DNA of 20,000 bases from Catajapyx aquilonaris (Eukaryota), in NCBI GenBank assembly GCA_000934665.2, contig JYFJ02000454.1:109460-129459 (forward strand), given 5' to 3'. The number at the start of each line of letters is the position of its first letter. Position 1 is the stretch's first letter. The position numbers and the translations under genes were made by a program. The notes below the pieces were generated by a model. It was not told where the DNA came from. It searched no databases and saw nothing but the letters and a program-made list of their open reading frames with translations. This document shows, one piece after another, positions 10,890-20,000 of this stretch.

Positions 10890-11200
10890 CTAAACCAACA
10901 ACATAAACCAAATTCTGGCATAATAAAGATAAGGTATCGGAGTAAAGAAAATACAGCCCGGTCGAGCAAGCCGGTTAAGGAGATAACTTATCATCATGCA
11001 CGTTGGCCAAACATTATACAACAAATGATGACCAGCGCAGAGGGAGCGAGAAAAGAGCGCGCCCTTGGAAAAACTGGGTTCTGAAACACAAAAACTGGGG
11101 AAATTAGGTTTCTTAATAGGCCACATATTCACGTGGCTCATCACCCCACCAAGTTTTTATGAAACTCCGGACATCTGAAGGTTCGGAAAGATTGAATACC
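10890..11200 (-). mobile_element. CR1/L2-group LINE ORF2 relic
   Basis: Minus-strand ORF 10890-11144 gives SHVNMWPIKKPN (cf. SHV....KKAN) and YLLNRLARPG (cf. Y.L.RLKRAG). An FR..GV/KNL remnant lies upstream. Confidence 0.6.
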
Positions 11201-11248
11201 GGACCCGCGCTGGATAATGCCCACTTTCAGGTAATTTACTGACATGCT

Positions 11249-11730
11249 ATGTATAAACCCGCAGCTAGTTTCCATTCCTCACAATCCGCACCTGTTTACT
11301 ATACGCAACCAGCAGCCCTGCTCTACATCCAAGAATTTAACATAAAGGTGCACTGGGTTTTCCAAGATTTTCATGCCTCATGCGCGCGGATTGTGCGCAT
11401 GCTTCCGGCATTCAACTATCGGCATCTATCGGCACCTTCTATAAATACATGGCCCAGTTCATTAATGGACAAACGGTGTATACCAGGACTTGCAGCACAA
11501 AAAAAGCCACCTGAACACGGCATCTCCCAGAAGTTCCGTGATATCCAACCGTTATTGCGCATTTCAGAGTCAGCAATCGCGAGTTATGACATCAACGTGG
11601 ATTTGGGCTGTGCAAATTGTTGGAGAACGGTAGAAATTCTAATAACGTACTTTACGACCGACTTCACCACTAGTCGTTCTTCCTATACACAAGCCCTAGT
11701 TGTTACTGCAATATCAAACCTACGGTGGGT
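11249..11730 (+). mobile_element. CR1/L2-group LINE ORF2 relic in a single open frame
   Basis: The 180-aa ORF contains IVRMLPAFNY (cf. VRPVLEY), TWPSSL (cf. VWHSSL), LAAQKK (cf. LE..QKR) and SSYTQALVVTAISNL (cf. SY..AL....L.TL). Confidence 0.6.
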
Positions 11731-11741
11731 GGGTGGGTGGG
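11727..11741 (+). other. G-quadruplex-forming (GGGT)n motif
   Basis: GGGTGGGTGGGTGGG: four G3 tracts with 1-nt loops. Further G runs extend to about 11772. Confidence 0.75.
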
Positions 11742-11769
11742 TTATAGTGGGTGGTGGAAAGTTGGGACG

Positions 11770-12160
11770 GGGCATAATCTGTATTTTATAGTGGCCCTTT
11801 TACGGCCTCGTGGAATAGGATGAGTTTGGGGGATTAAATTTGAGTCGGCCGCACTGCGACCCAGCCCCAGAGTACGTGCTGGGGAAAGGTGGGCACGGGG
11901 AAAAGTTTCAGGGAAAACTGGGGGGGTGTAGTTACCCTGGTAACGTGTAATTTTGAGCAAGATTGATCCAGGGAAAAAAGGACCTCGGTAGAAAGACATA
12001 GGGGTCGGCATATGCTAGCGCGAATAATTGAACAATCATGGAAATGTCTTCTTCGTCTCGGCCACACTGTATCACCGCAGTAAATCGCAACGACTTTTGT
12101 GCTTGGATGGGGAGGTTGGTATAGAATCGTTACAATCGCGCATCAAATGGTCAATAAACC
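11770..12160 (-). mobile_element. CR1/L2-group LINE ORF2 relic
   Basis: Minus strand FIDHLMRDCN, SKHKSRCDLLR (cf. SKA..RL..LR), ITRYQGNYTPPVF (cf. IRPVLEYA.PVW) and RKRATIK. Confidence 0.5.
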
Positions 12161-12289
12161 AAAAAAAAAGTGAGGGAGGAAGGAAATTGGTTCTCCCACC
12201 GCCATTTCCTAATGGCAATCGTTGGATGCGACATCAGGGGGACTCCCCTCAAAAATGTCGATATGGATGTGGTTATCTGTGCACGTGTA

Positions 12290-13160
12290 TCCGAATTCGA
12301 CACTGGCTAAGCCTAAACGCAAAAAAACGAACAATTTTTCAGACTAGAAATATAAAACTGGTTGGTGTTGAGACCCAACGATTTTCCGGCTGTTTCACCT
12401 CTCTTGTAAAAAAAAAAAATCGGTCCGAGAGAATTTGGCAGTCATCCGTGGCCACGAAGCTGCGGCTGACCGCGGCCGCTGGGATAATGACACTTTTGTG
12501 CACCGGAATGGGCCCTGGTAAATAGCCGGCGGAGAACCGTGTCAAAGAAAATGTCGGGGACACATCGATGCAATCTCCGGTTCGTGGCCACCATTTTTTT
12601 CTGTAAAAAGAGCAAATATTCCTACCTGAAGATTCCCTGGCCAAAAACCCGGAACATGCAATGCGCTATAAAAAAAAGGTGCCTGGGCGGGATTGATGAT
12701 CCGTATAGATCGGTTAATCCAGGCGCAAAGTCACGGCATAAGCGATTTATTGATTCAGAACCGTCTATTCCTTTTATTTCTGGATTCCTGACCAGGTGGT
12801 CCCACCGACTTATGCGACGATATATTAGCGGAGAGGAATTCTGGTTGGACAGGTGTCATCGTTTCGTATGCCCGATCGGACACTAAGATCCATTGTTATG
12901 GGTGTCTCTGCCGGGCTCCGAATCTTTCTTTGGCAGAATTTCAGGTTCTACCACCTTCCAGCAGGCCCCTTTGGTTCTGGCCGATTACCATGCTGCGGAA
13001 GCAATTTGATAGCACTAAAATGCACCTAACATCCACCGCAATCAACTACAGCAATTTATTACAATCCGACACAATGTTTCAAAACACGCCTTTGCCCCCG
13101 CCAAATAGGAATGGAACGAAGGCATGCTGTACCCTACCTCGTTGTCTCATTACGACCCTA
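12290..13160 (+). mobile_element. CR1/L2-group LINE ORF2 relic including the 3' end
   Basis: HWLSLNAKK, IKLVGV and WQSSV (ORF 12028). KKRCLGGI..YRS and CHRFV (ORF 12539). FQVLPPSSR..MLRK (ORF 12930; cf. F..LPP.R...LRN). Confidence 0.65.
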
Positions 13161-13399
13161 CGCCTTCGAATAATGTGGAAGTATTTAATTTTCCAATCCA
13201 TCTACTTTGCATAAAATATTTTTTTGCCCTATTTAGATTAATATGTTTAGTCTTCTCTATAACGCTGCACATATCGACCAGGCTCCCATTTAAAGCGTAA
13301 ACAATTTGGTCCAGACACCCTCATACACGCATGCCCGCAAGGAGGCAGCACAGCCTCCAAACATAATAATCCGCCATAATCTGCATCATTAATGCACCA

Positions 13400-13945
13400 C
13401 ACTCGGTGGCATCATATAAAGAACACGGTTATAAAAACGAGGCATGGTTTCAAGCCCAGGGGCAAGGATGCAGCAAGTTCATTTCCGAACACCTCAGGAG
13501 GCTCCGAATTCTTGTGTGGCACACTCGGCCCCCATCTGGAGAACCAACACCTCCAGTCTGTGTCCCTCACAGTAGGCAATACCTCACGGACAACAAATCA
13601 CTGGTCAGTACACAACAAAAAAAAGGAGCCCAAAAAATCTGGTGGCTGACCTAACGTTTCGCCGCTAAGTACAGGAGGCAGAAAAAGGGTCGACGGTGGG
13701 AATTTCCATTTCCTGGCAGGAAAGGAGCATTTGGCACGCGAGTCGAGGCTGGGACCGGCTCATTTGTGTGCCCTCAGGCAAGCGCCTACAAAAAGGGGCA
13801 AAAAAAGGGCGTCCATATCGCACCCGCCTCACTTAACAAGCCAAATCAGCAAGGCACGCACTCCCACGTGGTGATGGCGTCATTTTGAGGGCGACAGCGA
13901 CGCGCGGCGGGACGCGCTGAAAACTGTCTCCAATATCAGGTGAGA
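13400..13945 (+). mobile_element. CR1/L2-group LINE ORF2 relic
   Basis: VASYKEHG (cf. V.SYK.LG), CSK..HLRRLR, TRP/PHLE..PV, STQQKKGAQKI, DRLIC..GKRL and R*KLSPI. Confidence 0.6.
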
Positions 13946-13974
13946 CGTGATGGACCCTGTTGCTGTCACAGTCT

Positions 13975-14550
13975 CCCAAAATTTTTGGGGGGGTTCCTTA
14001 GGGCGTCGCGTGTGGTCCGGACCTGGCACGCTCACAAGGGGGGCGTGGGTAAAAATGCGCTATACAGAGAAACACTGCGTGAGTGGCCTCTCGCATGTAC
14101 CACTTGGCTTCAAAGATTGTCATTATAATCGGCTGTGCCCCATGCGTGCGTCATAATCCGGGCAGCCCGAAAAAAGGGTGGGTCAAACACCGATTGCAGT
14201 GTGCCAAAAAAGAAGCATAACCTGGGCCATTCTACCGTAGAAGCAACGGACCGGCCCCGAGAGAGATTGGCCACACTTGCCCATCATCCGTGTGTACGGT
14301 CCAGTTCCCATCCCCTTAGACTTCCATTCTTACGGAAGATTCGCGCCGGTCACGAACCTTATGTTTTGCCAACTACTCTGCCGATTAGCGCCACATAATG
14401 TGCCCTCTAATCTGCCGATCTGGTTATTTACTACTAGCGGATCCTCCTGGTAATACTTCCGCGGTATAATGATTCTCTGGCCCTATCCGGCCTTATTATG
14501 GCAATCCACCTTGTGAGAGACCCGCCCTTGTAAACCGTATTATGTATCGG
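13975..14550 (+). mobile_element. CR1/L2-group LINE ORF2 relic
   Basis: KFLGGFLRASRVVRTWHAHKGGVGKNA (cf. KFLGV.I..DLTW..H...V.KKA), QKRSITWAILP, LATLA, FLRKI and TLP. Confidence 0.7.
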
Positions 14551-15029
14551 CCTGCACCTGAATTGCCATAAACCGCATTCGATGATAGGAAATGTTTCTG
14601 TGAAATGACTCACATTTTAAGAAGCACTGGACCATGTTCAAAGCTAATATTTTCGACCAAGAGCACTATACAGTCTGGATTATTCGGACAAGTGTCACAT
14701 ACCAGAATCGGATCATAATTACGGTTGTGTAAATTAATTTTTACACGATAAAATATATATGGTTAGTGGTAGCCTATACAGTGTATATTTCTAGGGTTGA
14801 TTATTTGTTATATTGCTATGTTTTTATTCGTTGGCTTATATGGGCATGATTTATTACAAATGCTACATATTATATGAATAAATTAATCTACTGTAGTTAC
14901 ATTCAAGTATTAGTATTAATAATTCCAACTGGAATAATATGTTTTTGGAGGCTGTGCAGGTGACTTTTGAGCTAACCTTATGTTGCGCAACGCACGCCCA
15001 TTAGTGTAATTTTCCTTTCTCCAGAAAAC

Positions 15030-15370
15030 AATTGTTAAGAGGATAAGACCAACAATCTTTTTGACCTCTACTATAGGAATTTAGGGAGCGACCTGAACTT
15101 ATCGCACGAAAGGCGAGCTCTGTCAGAGCATTTCCAAATTAGTAAGGAGATACGCTAGAGTGCTGCCTTTTTTGATGACCATCTTTTAAAAAAATCCGGA
15201 CCTGCCCATTTTCCATCTGACAGTTCCGTTGTAATCCTTCAATGTTAAGCGTGCGCTTGGAAAAGCCCATCTTGAAGACTCTTCCAGTGAGATAAACACA
15301 GAAGGTAAAAAGGAGGCGGGCCAACCATCAGAAGTTGCGCCTCAACCCGGATTAAACCTATCAAACAACA
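15030..15370 (+). mobile_element. CR1/L2-group LINE ORF2 relic
   Basis: LGSDLNL..EH, HLLKKSG (cf. LLKRSG), VKRALG and HQK. Confidence 0.45.
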
Positions 15371-15384
15371 GTTGTTTTTTTTTT

Positions 15385-15880
15385 TACTTCTGAATCCTAA
15401 AAAAAAGCAAAGCTGCTGTAGAGAATCTTCTAATAACAATCGATGGTGTTGAAGTCTCATTAAGCGCACCGATGAAAGGCGACTTGCTCCTTCAGGGTTG
15501 AGTGACACTTCCCCATCCTATTGGCGACATTGCATTCACTTAGCTGGATTTATTAGGTCGCGGCGACGAAAACCGGGGAAGGGACGTTGAACTTGGATCG
15601 CTATCTTTTCTATCATTGACTTGGAATTAGCTTCTATGCTCCGGGAAACACAATCGATTCAAGGACTCGAGCTGCTAGCTCTAAGGCGAGATCGATTATC
15701 GCGCAATTTCATTAGAAAATGCTCTGTTGAAATGTCTCGGAATGTCCGTTTCCTGAGGCAGCAACATAGGGAGATTCAGAAAAAAAGGCGAGACAGAACA
15801 ATGGCCATCCATGGCCAATCCGTGCATGGAAAGGACGAGGTACAAGAAAAAAAAGGGCATGAAAATTCCAGTAGGGGGCA
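15385..15880 (+). mobile_element. CR1/L2-group LINE ORF2 relic, internally deleted, with 3' end
   Basis: LLNPKK (15387), ITIDGVEV (15433-15456) and LL..G*VTL. Then GLELLALRRDRLSRNFIRKC (cf. GL.TL..RR..LC..F..KC) and PCMERTRYKK..IP. Confidence 0.7.
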
Positions 15881-15959
15881 AAAAAAAAAGAAGAAAAGAA
15901 GTAGCGGGAACGTTCCAAGATGGCGGAACCGCACAGAAAAGGTCATTGCACATGACTAG

Positions 15960-16120
15960 TACAAAGGACTTCAAAAAAGATATCCTCTTTGGCTTCAAGA
16001 CCGGTTGATTGTCCGCTCCTCTCCAAAAATTTGTGGACAAGTTTTGCTATTCAACATGGTGTCCAAATTAATTCCGGGACCTTACATCTTCATTTCGCTG
16101 GGAGATTTTCCAGCTATGCG
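15960..16120 (+). mobile_element. Short LINE RT-domain relic
   Basis: W...HGVQ followed by GPYIFISLGDFP at 16077-16112 (cf. GVPQG..LGP.LF.I.INDLP). Confidence 0.5.
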
Positions 16121-16434
16121 GTGAGCGCAGTGTTTTAATACAATCCCGGGGAACTGAAATTCCCTTCCATTCTGGATTCCATGTGGCAGCCATTAACGCG
16201 AGTGCATATTACCCGGATTGTGTGGTGCATTCATTAAAATATCATAAAAGCCTGCCAACTGCGTAGGCTGCGAGCTCCAAACACACGTAGTGTAATCTTC
16301 CATACATATGTATGCTCGAACACGTTAATCAACAGGGAGGGAGGGGGAGGCATTGTTATTTTTTTATTGTTTTGTTTTATTGCTTCGGCTATATCAAGCC
16401 AAAAGCATGGGAAAAACGAGACGACTACATTTGT

Positions 16435-16800
16435 TCATGCAGAAAAGAGAGTCCTTTTTTTATCACCTAATATGAGGTTTTGGATGCAACAGGCATGGTC
16501 TGGCCTATGCATTTCATAACAGGGGGGAGAGTATACGTGAGATATTCGCTCTGGCTGCCAACCGTCCACACACATTGCTACTAATAACGGGCATAAAAAC
16601 CTATTGTGTATATCACATGCCAGGCTATGGTCTGCTTGATCATTCTGGGTAAACATTCGGGTCAACACGTATGGTCTGTGCTGCTGGCGGAACGGCAATT
16701 TGGTGCAGGGAATGATTGCATTGTCGGTTGGCGAACAAAAATATTACATTTTCAAAGGTGACGCGAGGTATTGGAACTGAAGCAGACCTATGATATGATT
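16435..16800 (-). mobile_element. CR1/L2-group LINE ORF2 relic
   Basis: IIGL..Q..PLK upstream. Minus-strand ORF 16435-16698 gives RPYVLTRM, IHNRFLCPLL, WQP and HAC..LILGDK, all in one frame and in consensus order. Confidence 0.7.
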
Positions 16801-17239
16801 TTTAATAACCGCTCAAAGCAGTACATTGCACAAAAGTGCATTAGAATGTACTGCACATACTAGCAGGATCAGACAGTAGGTCACAATATGTAGTTTAAAC
16901 TTAGGTCTCGGTTTGTTTAATCATCATCGTAATTTCCTGAAAAACCTGGCAATTGCTGTCATAAAAGTCACAAAATGTAGCCTCGTGACATTACCTAAAT
17001 CATGAAACAATATATTATGATGCTACAAATTCACTTAGCCATGTTGCATACAGACGTGGCACGTTAAACACACGAAGAATGTCTTTATTGCACCCTTCAT
17101 GCATGGTTTAACGCACAAAATTTACAGGTGTATTTTATTAAACCTTATCTGAAAAATCTCAAAACACACGTTTACGCACTGGAGGGTGTACCCCCTACCA
17201 CAAATATGTTTTAACAACAACATCAAACGCATAATCCTG

Positions 17240-18020
17240 AGTCAGCCCCACCCCCTCTTTTTCATCATATTTACAAATTATCCCTCATCCATCAAAAGCA
17301 TCATGCAAACTTCCACACATTTTGATAATCCCTCCCCCCTCACTCTTTTTTTCCCAAAAGCTTATCTCCCAATTATTGCCGGAAATATTCAGTTATCCGC
17401 ACCCCACAAAGGAAACAAACACACTACACACCCTCCTTTTTTGTCATTAGATGAGGGAGCTATGAACTAGATATATGTCAACCTCGCAAAGTCCTCTCTC
17501 CCTCCCTTTAACTTGAGAGACTCACCCAACCCATGAAATAATGACGATGGAAGATCAATTTCGGAGGAATCCAAGGCATGCGGTGCCTCGAATTTTATGC
17601 CATGAGGGGTGGGCTTCAAAGACGAGGTCTGCCTATTTGCACAATACATTAAACTTGCCAAGTTTCACAGGGGGTACTGTACAGGGTGGCATAGAACTGC
17701 TTAGGTAGCTGCTTCCCAATATGCAGACAGTATTAGGCTATTTTGGTAGCATTATAACCCAACAGCTATTTCATGGTGTATGTGTACCAAAAAATGGAGG
17801 CTATACACATTTCACAGCTAAATAGCAGTGCTACGTTCTTATCGGGCCACCTTGTGACTGCTCATAAAGGCACATTTTAGCCTCCCCTTTTCCGAAATAC
17901 CTCTTTCCGGAAGGTTTCTCTTCGACCTCCCAATTTGGGCGACCCACGTGGAATGCGCCGCATTTTTTTCCAGTCCCCCAAAATGGCGGAAGTGCGTTTT
18001 CACATATATATTAGGCATCC
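17240..18020 (+). mobile_element. CR1/L2-group LINE ORF2 relic
   Basis: PLFFIIFTNYPSSI..FDN (cf. PLLF.I.INDL..F.DD), PPFLSLD, LT*ETH at 17508-17525 (cf. LTW..H), ASK.RS.YL, MQTVLGY, KMEAI and DLP..CAAFF. Confidence 0.55.
17905..17994 (+). promoter_or_regulatory. Promoter-like motif cluster (ETS/STAT-like, E-box, YY1+ETS composite)
   Basis: TTCCGGAA at 17905-17912, CACGTG at 17945-17950 and CAAAATGGCGGAAGTG at 17979-17994. Motif matches only. Confidence 0.25.
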
Positions 18021-18046
18021 CCCTCTGGCACCCAACCTGTGACTTT

Positions 18047-18480
18047 TCAACTGGTTGAAATTGAGCCTGAATGTGCTTCGCCCCTCCGACTCCATTGACG
18101 CTCCAGCGCCTGTGACGAATAGCCGTCGTCGGTGGAAAACCCGAGGAAATGGTCCAAAAAGCGGATGCGAGCTGCCATCTTCTCCTGTGTTTTCCAATCG
18201 CGGTGCATTCGAGTGTGAGACGCGTCGATTGACATCTACGCCGCCCTGTCTCTCTCTCTCTGTATGTGCCCTTCGACCCTTCTCCTTTTGTTCCGCCTTT
18301 TGTATTTGACTCGATCTGACACGCTTGGTCGATGGGTGTAATGGCTCAAGCAGCCAGAGGGGGGGGATCATATTTGCAGTGTTAATATATTCCAAGCATC
18401 AATATTGATGGAAAAGTGTTGTTTACGTGTGAACCAGAGCGAATAAGACGCCTTCAGCAGGCATAATATACTGCAAGGTA
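18047..18480 (-). mobile_element. CR1/L2-group LINE ORF2 relic
   Basis: Minus strand ILCLLKAS, LEY..PPLW..EQK..RRA (the ORF 18000-18395 start codon is TTG, i.e. L), IRFL and RRGEAHSG (cf. RGE.HGR). Confidence 0.65.
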
Positions 18481-18597
18481 AGCTATAATCCTTGCAAGCT
18501 CAGTTTACATAATAAAATCTGGATAAATTTTTATTACATAATTTTAAACTTGTCGATTAATTTTATATAGGCCTGCCATAAGCTGATTTATTCATAT

Positions 18598-18884
18598 CAC
18601 TCTAAAATTTTTGAGTGTTTTTTCACTCAATTTATCTATTGACTCCGGCTCAACTTGAGTGGAAATCACTCGATTACTTTAATGAAATTCATTCGAACTG
18701 AGCGATAATTTCTTCCACTAATTTGGAGCGAAATGACCATTCGAGTGAAACCGCCGCCCAATTTGAGGATTCTGCATTTCACCCGATTTGAGTTAGGCAA
18801 TATTTGCCGAGTGAAATTCACTCAGAAAGAGCATTTTGCGAGAGTACTCAATTTGAGCACAATTTTCACTCGCTTTTTAGAGCG
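18598..18884. mobile_element. Non-autonomous CACTA/EnSpm-like element
   Basis: Ends CACTCTAAAA (18598-18607) and TTTTAGAGCG (18875-18884), 9/10 inverted match. Repeated internal GAGTG-n-CACTC palindromes at 18613, 18657 and 18809, with a variant at 18855. Confidence 0.65.
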
Positions 18885-18949
18885 TATGCATCGCAATTTT
18901 ATTAATATACGTAATTTATTGTGCGAATAATACCGTATTGCCATGAATT

Positions 18950-19175
18950 GGACGGCGTTATGCAATAATGAGTCAACCCATATGAGAACAATTTTTAGAA
19001 AAAGGGCTTTGAATGTCACCTGTGAAATTAATGCAGCGTCCTTTTAGGTCATTTATGCAGATTTCGTCAGCTTGATTTTAACTGAATGAAGTACGGCCCT
19101 TTGGGTGTGTGTTCCTGGGCTTAGCTCAATTTCGAGATTTTTTGTGGGTTAACACATTATTGCATAACACCGTCC
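18950..19175. mobile_element. MITE with 31-bp TIRs and AATT flanks (Sola1-like)
   Basis: TIRs at 18950-18980 and 19145-19175, 28/31 match. AATT lies on both sides (18946-18949 and 19176-19179). A 4-bp AWWT target duplication is described for Sola1; the superfamily call is inference. Confidence 0.8.
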
Positions 19176-19179
19176 AATT

Positions 19180-19678
19180 ATTAAGTTATTTAAGGGGCGA
19201 TAGCCCCTTAGTAAGACCGTAGCATAGATTTCAACAATGAATTTCTTCAACATCTTCTTCTTGTTGTTACGCTTTTTTTATTCGCCCTAACTCAAGTTCT
19301 GCTGTAGGTAGAGCTTCCAAATTTTGAACACAGACGCCCACCGTCGTGAAGTGCATTCCTACCATTTACAGCTAAACTCAATTCCTCTTCAAAACGCCAC
19401 AAAAAAATGAAAAAGACGTTTCTATTTATTTGCTCAATAACTATTCGGTATTTGGTTTCTTCATCAAAGGGCCGAATGCGCAGTAGGATGGTGTGGATCT
19501 ATGTTCAAAACCTCGCACTTCCACCTGCTGCAGGATTGAAGTTATGATTTTTTTTACGTCAAATACTTCATATGTTCGCGATTCCATCGCCTAGCAATGT
19601 CAATTCCTATTTACACCTCGCCATATTGTTAGGGAAATGTTACCCTGCTGCTCTGGAGTGAACGGATTGTACTTATTA
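19180..19678. mobile_element. Possible non-autonomous Helentron/HINE (DINE-1-like) element
   Basis: T-rich start, subterminal GC hairpin TAAGGGGC-GATA-GCCCCTTA (about 19191-19210), and a short CTT-rich tract. The ends TATTAAGT and ACTTATTA are loosely inverted. Confidence 0.35.
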
Positions 19679-19950
19679 CAGTTGAATCCGGATATAACAG
19701 CCTCGGATATAACATACTTGGTTATAAAGGCCGTCCCGGCATGCTTCCATTAGGCACTGTGTATTTGCACTCCTGATGTAACAGACTCATTTTCACCTCA
19801 CCTCCGGTATAACAGACCATTTCTTGGACCCTCGGTGGGAAAATATTGTTTTCCAGGTATGCACAAAGGAGACGGCAGAAGGAAATTTCGGATATTTTGG
19901 TCATGCATAATTTTCGGGTGAGCCAATATTGCATTTGTGACAGATTTCAT
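19679..19950 (+). mobile_element. Tc1/mariner (pogo/Tigger-type) non-autonomous element, left end
   Basis: TA|CAGTTGAATCCGGATATAAC at 19677-19698. CGGATATAAC recurs at 19704 and variants occur up to about 19817. The right end is not clearly identifiable. Confidence 0.55.
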
Positions 19951-20000
19951 TAATCGGTATGTAGTCTAGTAGTGCATAGTAGGCTACAGCCACATTGAAA

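Noticed and set aside
12110..12170. Plus-strand GIESLQSRIKWS resembling GV.IQ.DLKW
   Set aside because: It overlaps a better-ordered minus-strand relic. It shows that single-motif matches can arise by chance, so I relied mainly on ordered multi-motif sets.
1141..15024. Splice-acceptor-like pyrimidine-AG sites (about 1150, 2113, 4550, 15024) as exons of a host gene
   Set aside because: No downstream open frames with matching donors, and no coherent spliced protein.
18397..18410. 14-bp palindrome CATCAATATTGATG
   Set aside because: A palindrome of this length is expected by chance in 20 kb.
60..18480. Diversity-generating retroelement, retron or integron-like cassette array
   Set aside because: No intact RT or recombinase, no template/variable repeat pair and no conserved recombination site between blocks. 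Orientation is mixed.
257..19934. Track ORFs as host or prokaryotic protein-coding genes
   Set aside because: All are 185 aa or shorter, overlap on both strands, often start at non-ATG codons and show no operon-like packing. Their only recognisable motifs are broken LINE remnants.

Overview
Eukaryotic (animal-like, probably marine invertebrate) non-coding DNA. I found no credible host gene, RNA gene or CRISPR array. About 1-18480 is a mosaic of GC-richer blocks (0.2-1.3 kb) separated by AT-rich spacers. Translated by eye across frameshifts and stops, about 26 blocks carry ordered remnants of the same protein region: the RT and C-terminal part of a CR1/L2-group LINE ORF2. The consensus I used is recalled from knowledge of the family, not from a search: WI.SFL / GVPQG..LGP.LF...IND / YVDD / N.M.LNP.K / KLLGV.I..DL.W..HV / KA..RL..L..LKR.G / IRPVLEYA.PVW / IQKRA.RII / SY..AL / L.TL..RR..LC.KFA / HGRNLRN / RT.RY..S.IP. 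The copies lie on both strands (about 15 plus, 11 minus), are very degraded, and show no obvious nucleotide similarity to each other. After about 18480 the window switches to four closely spaced non-autonomous DNA-transposon-like elements. A Harbinger-like MITE, a 20-bp minisatellite and several microsatellites are also present. Relic boundaries are approximate and individual calls need HMM confirmation.
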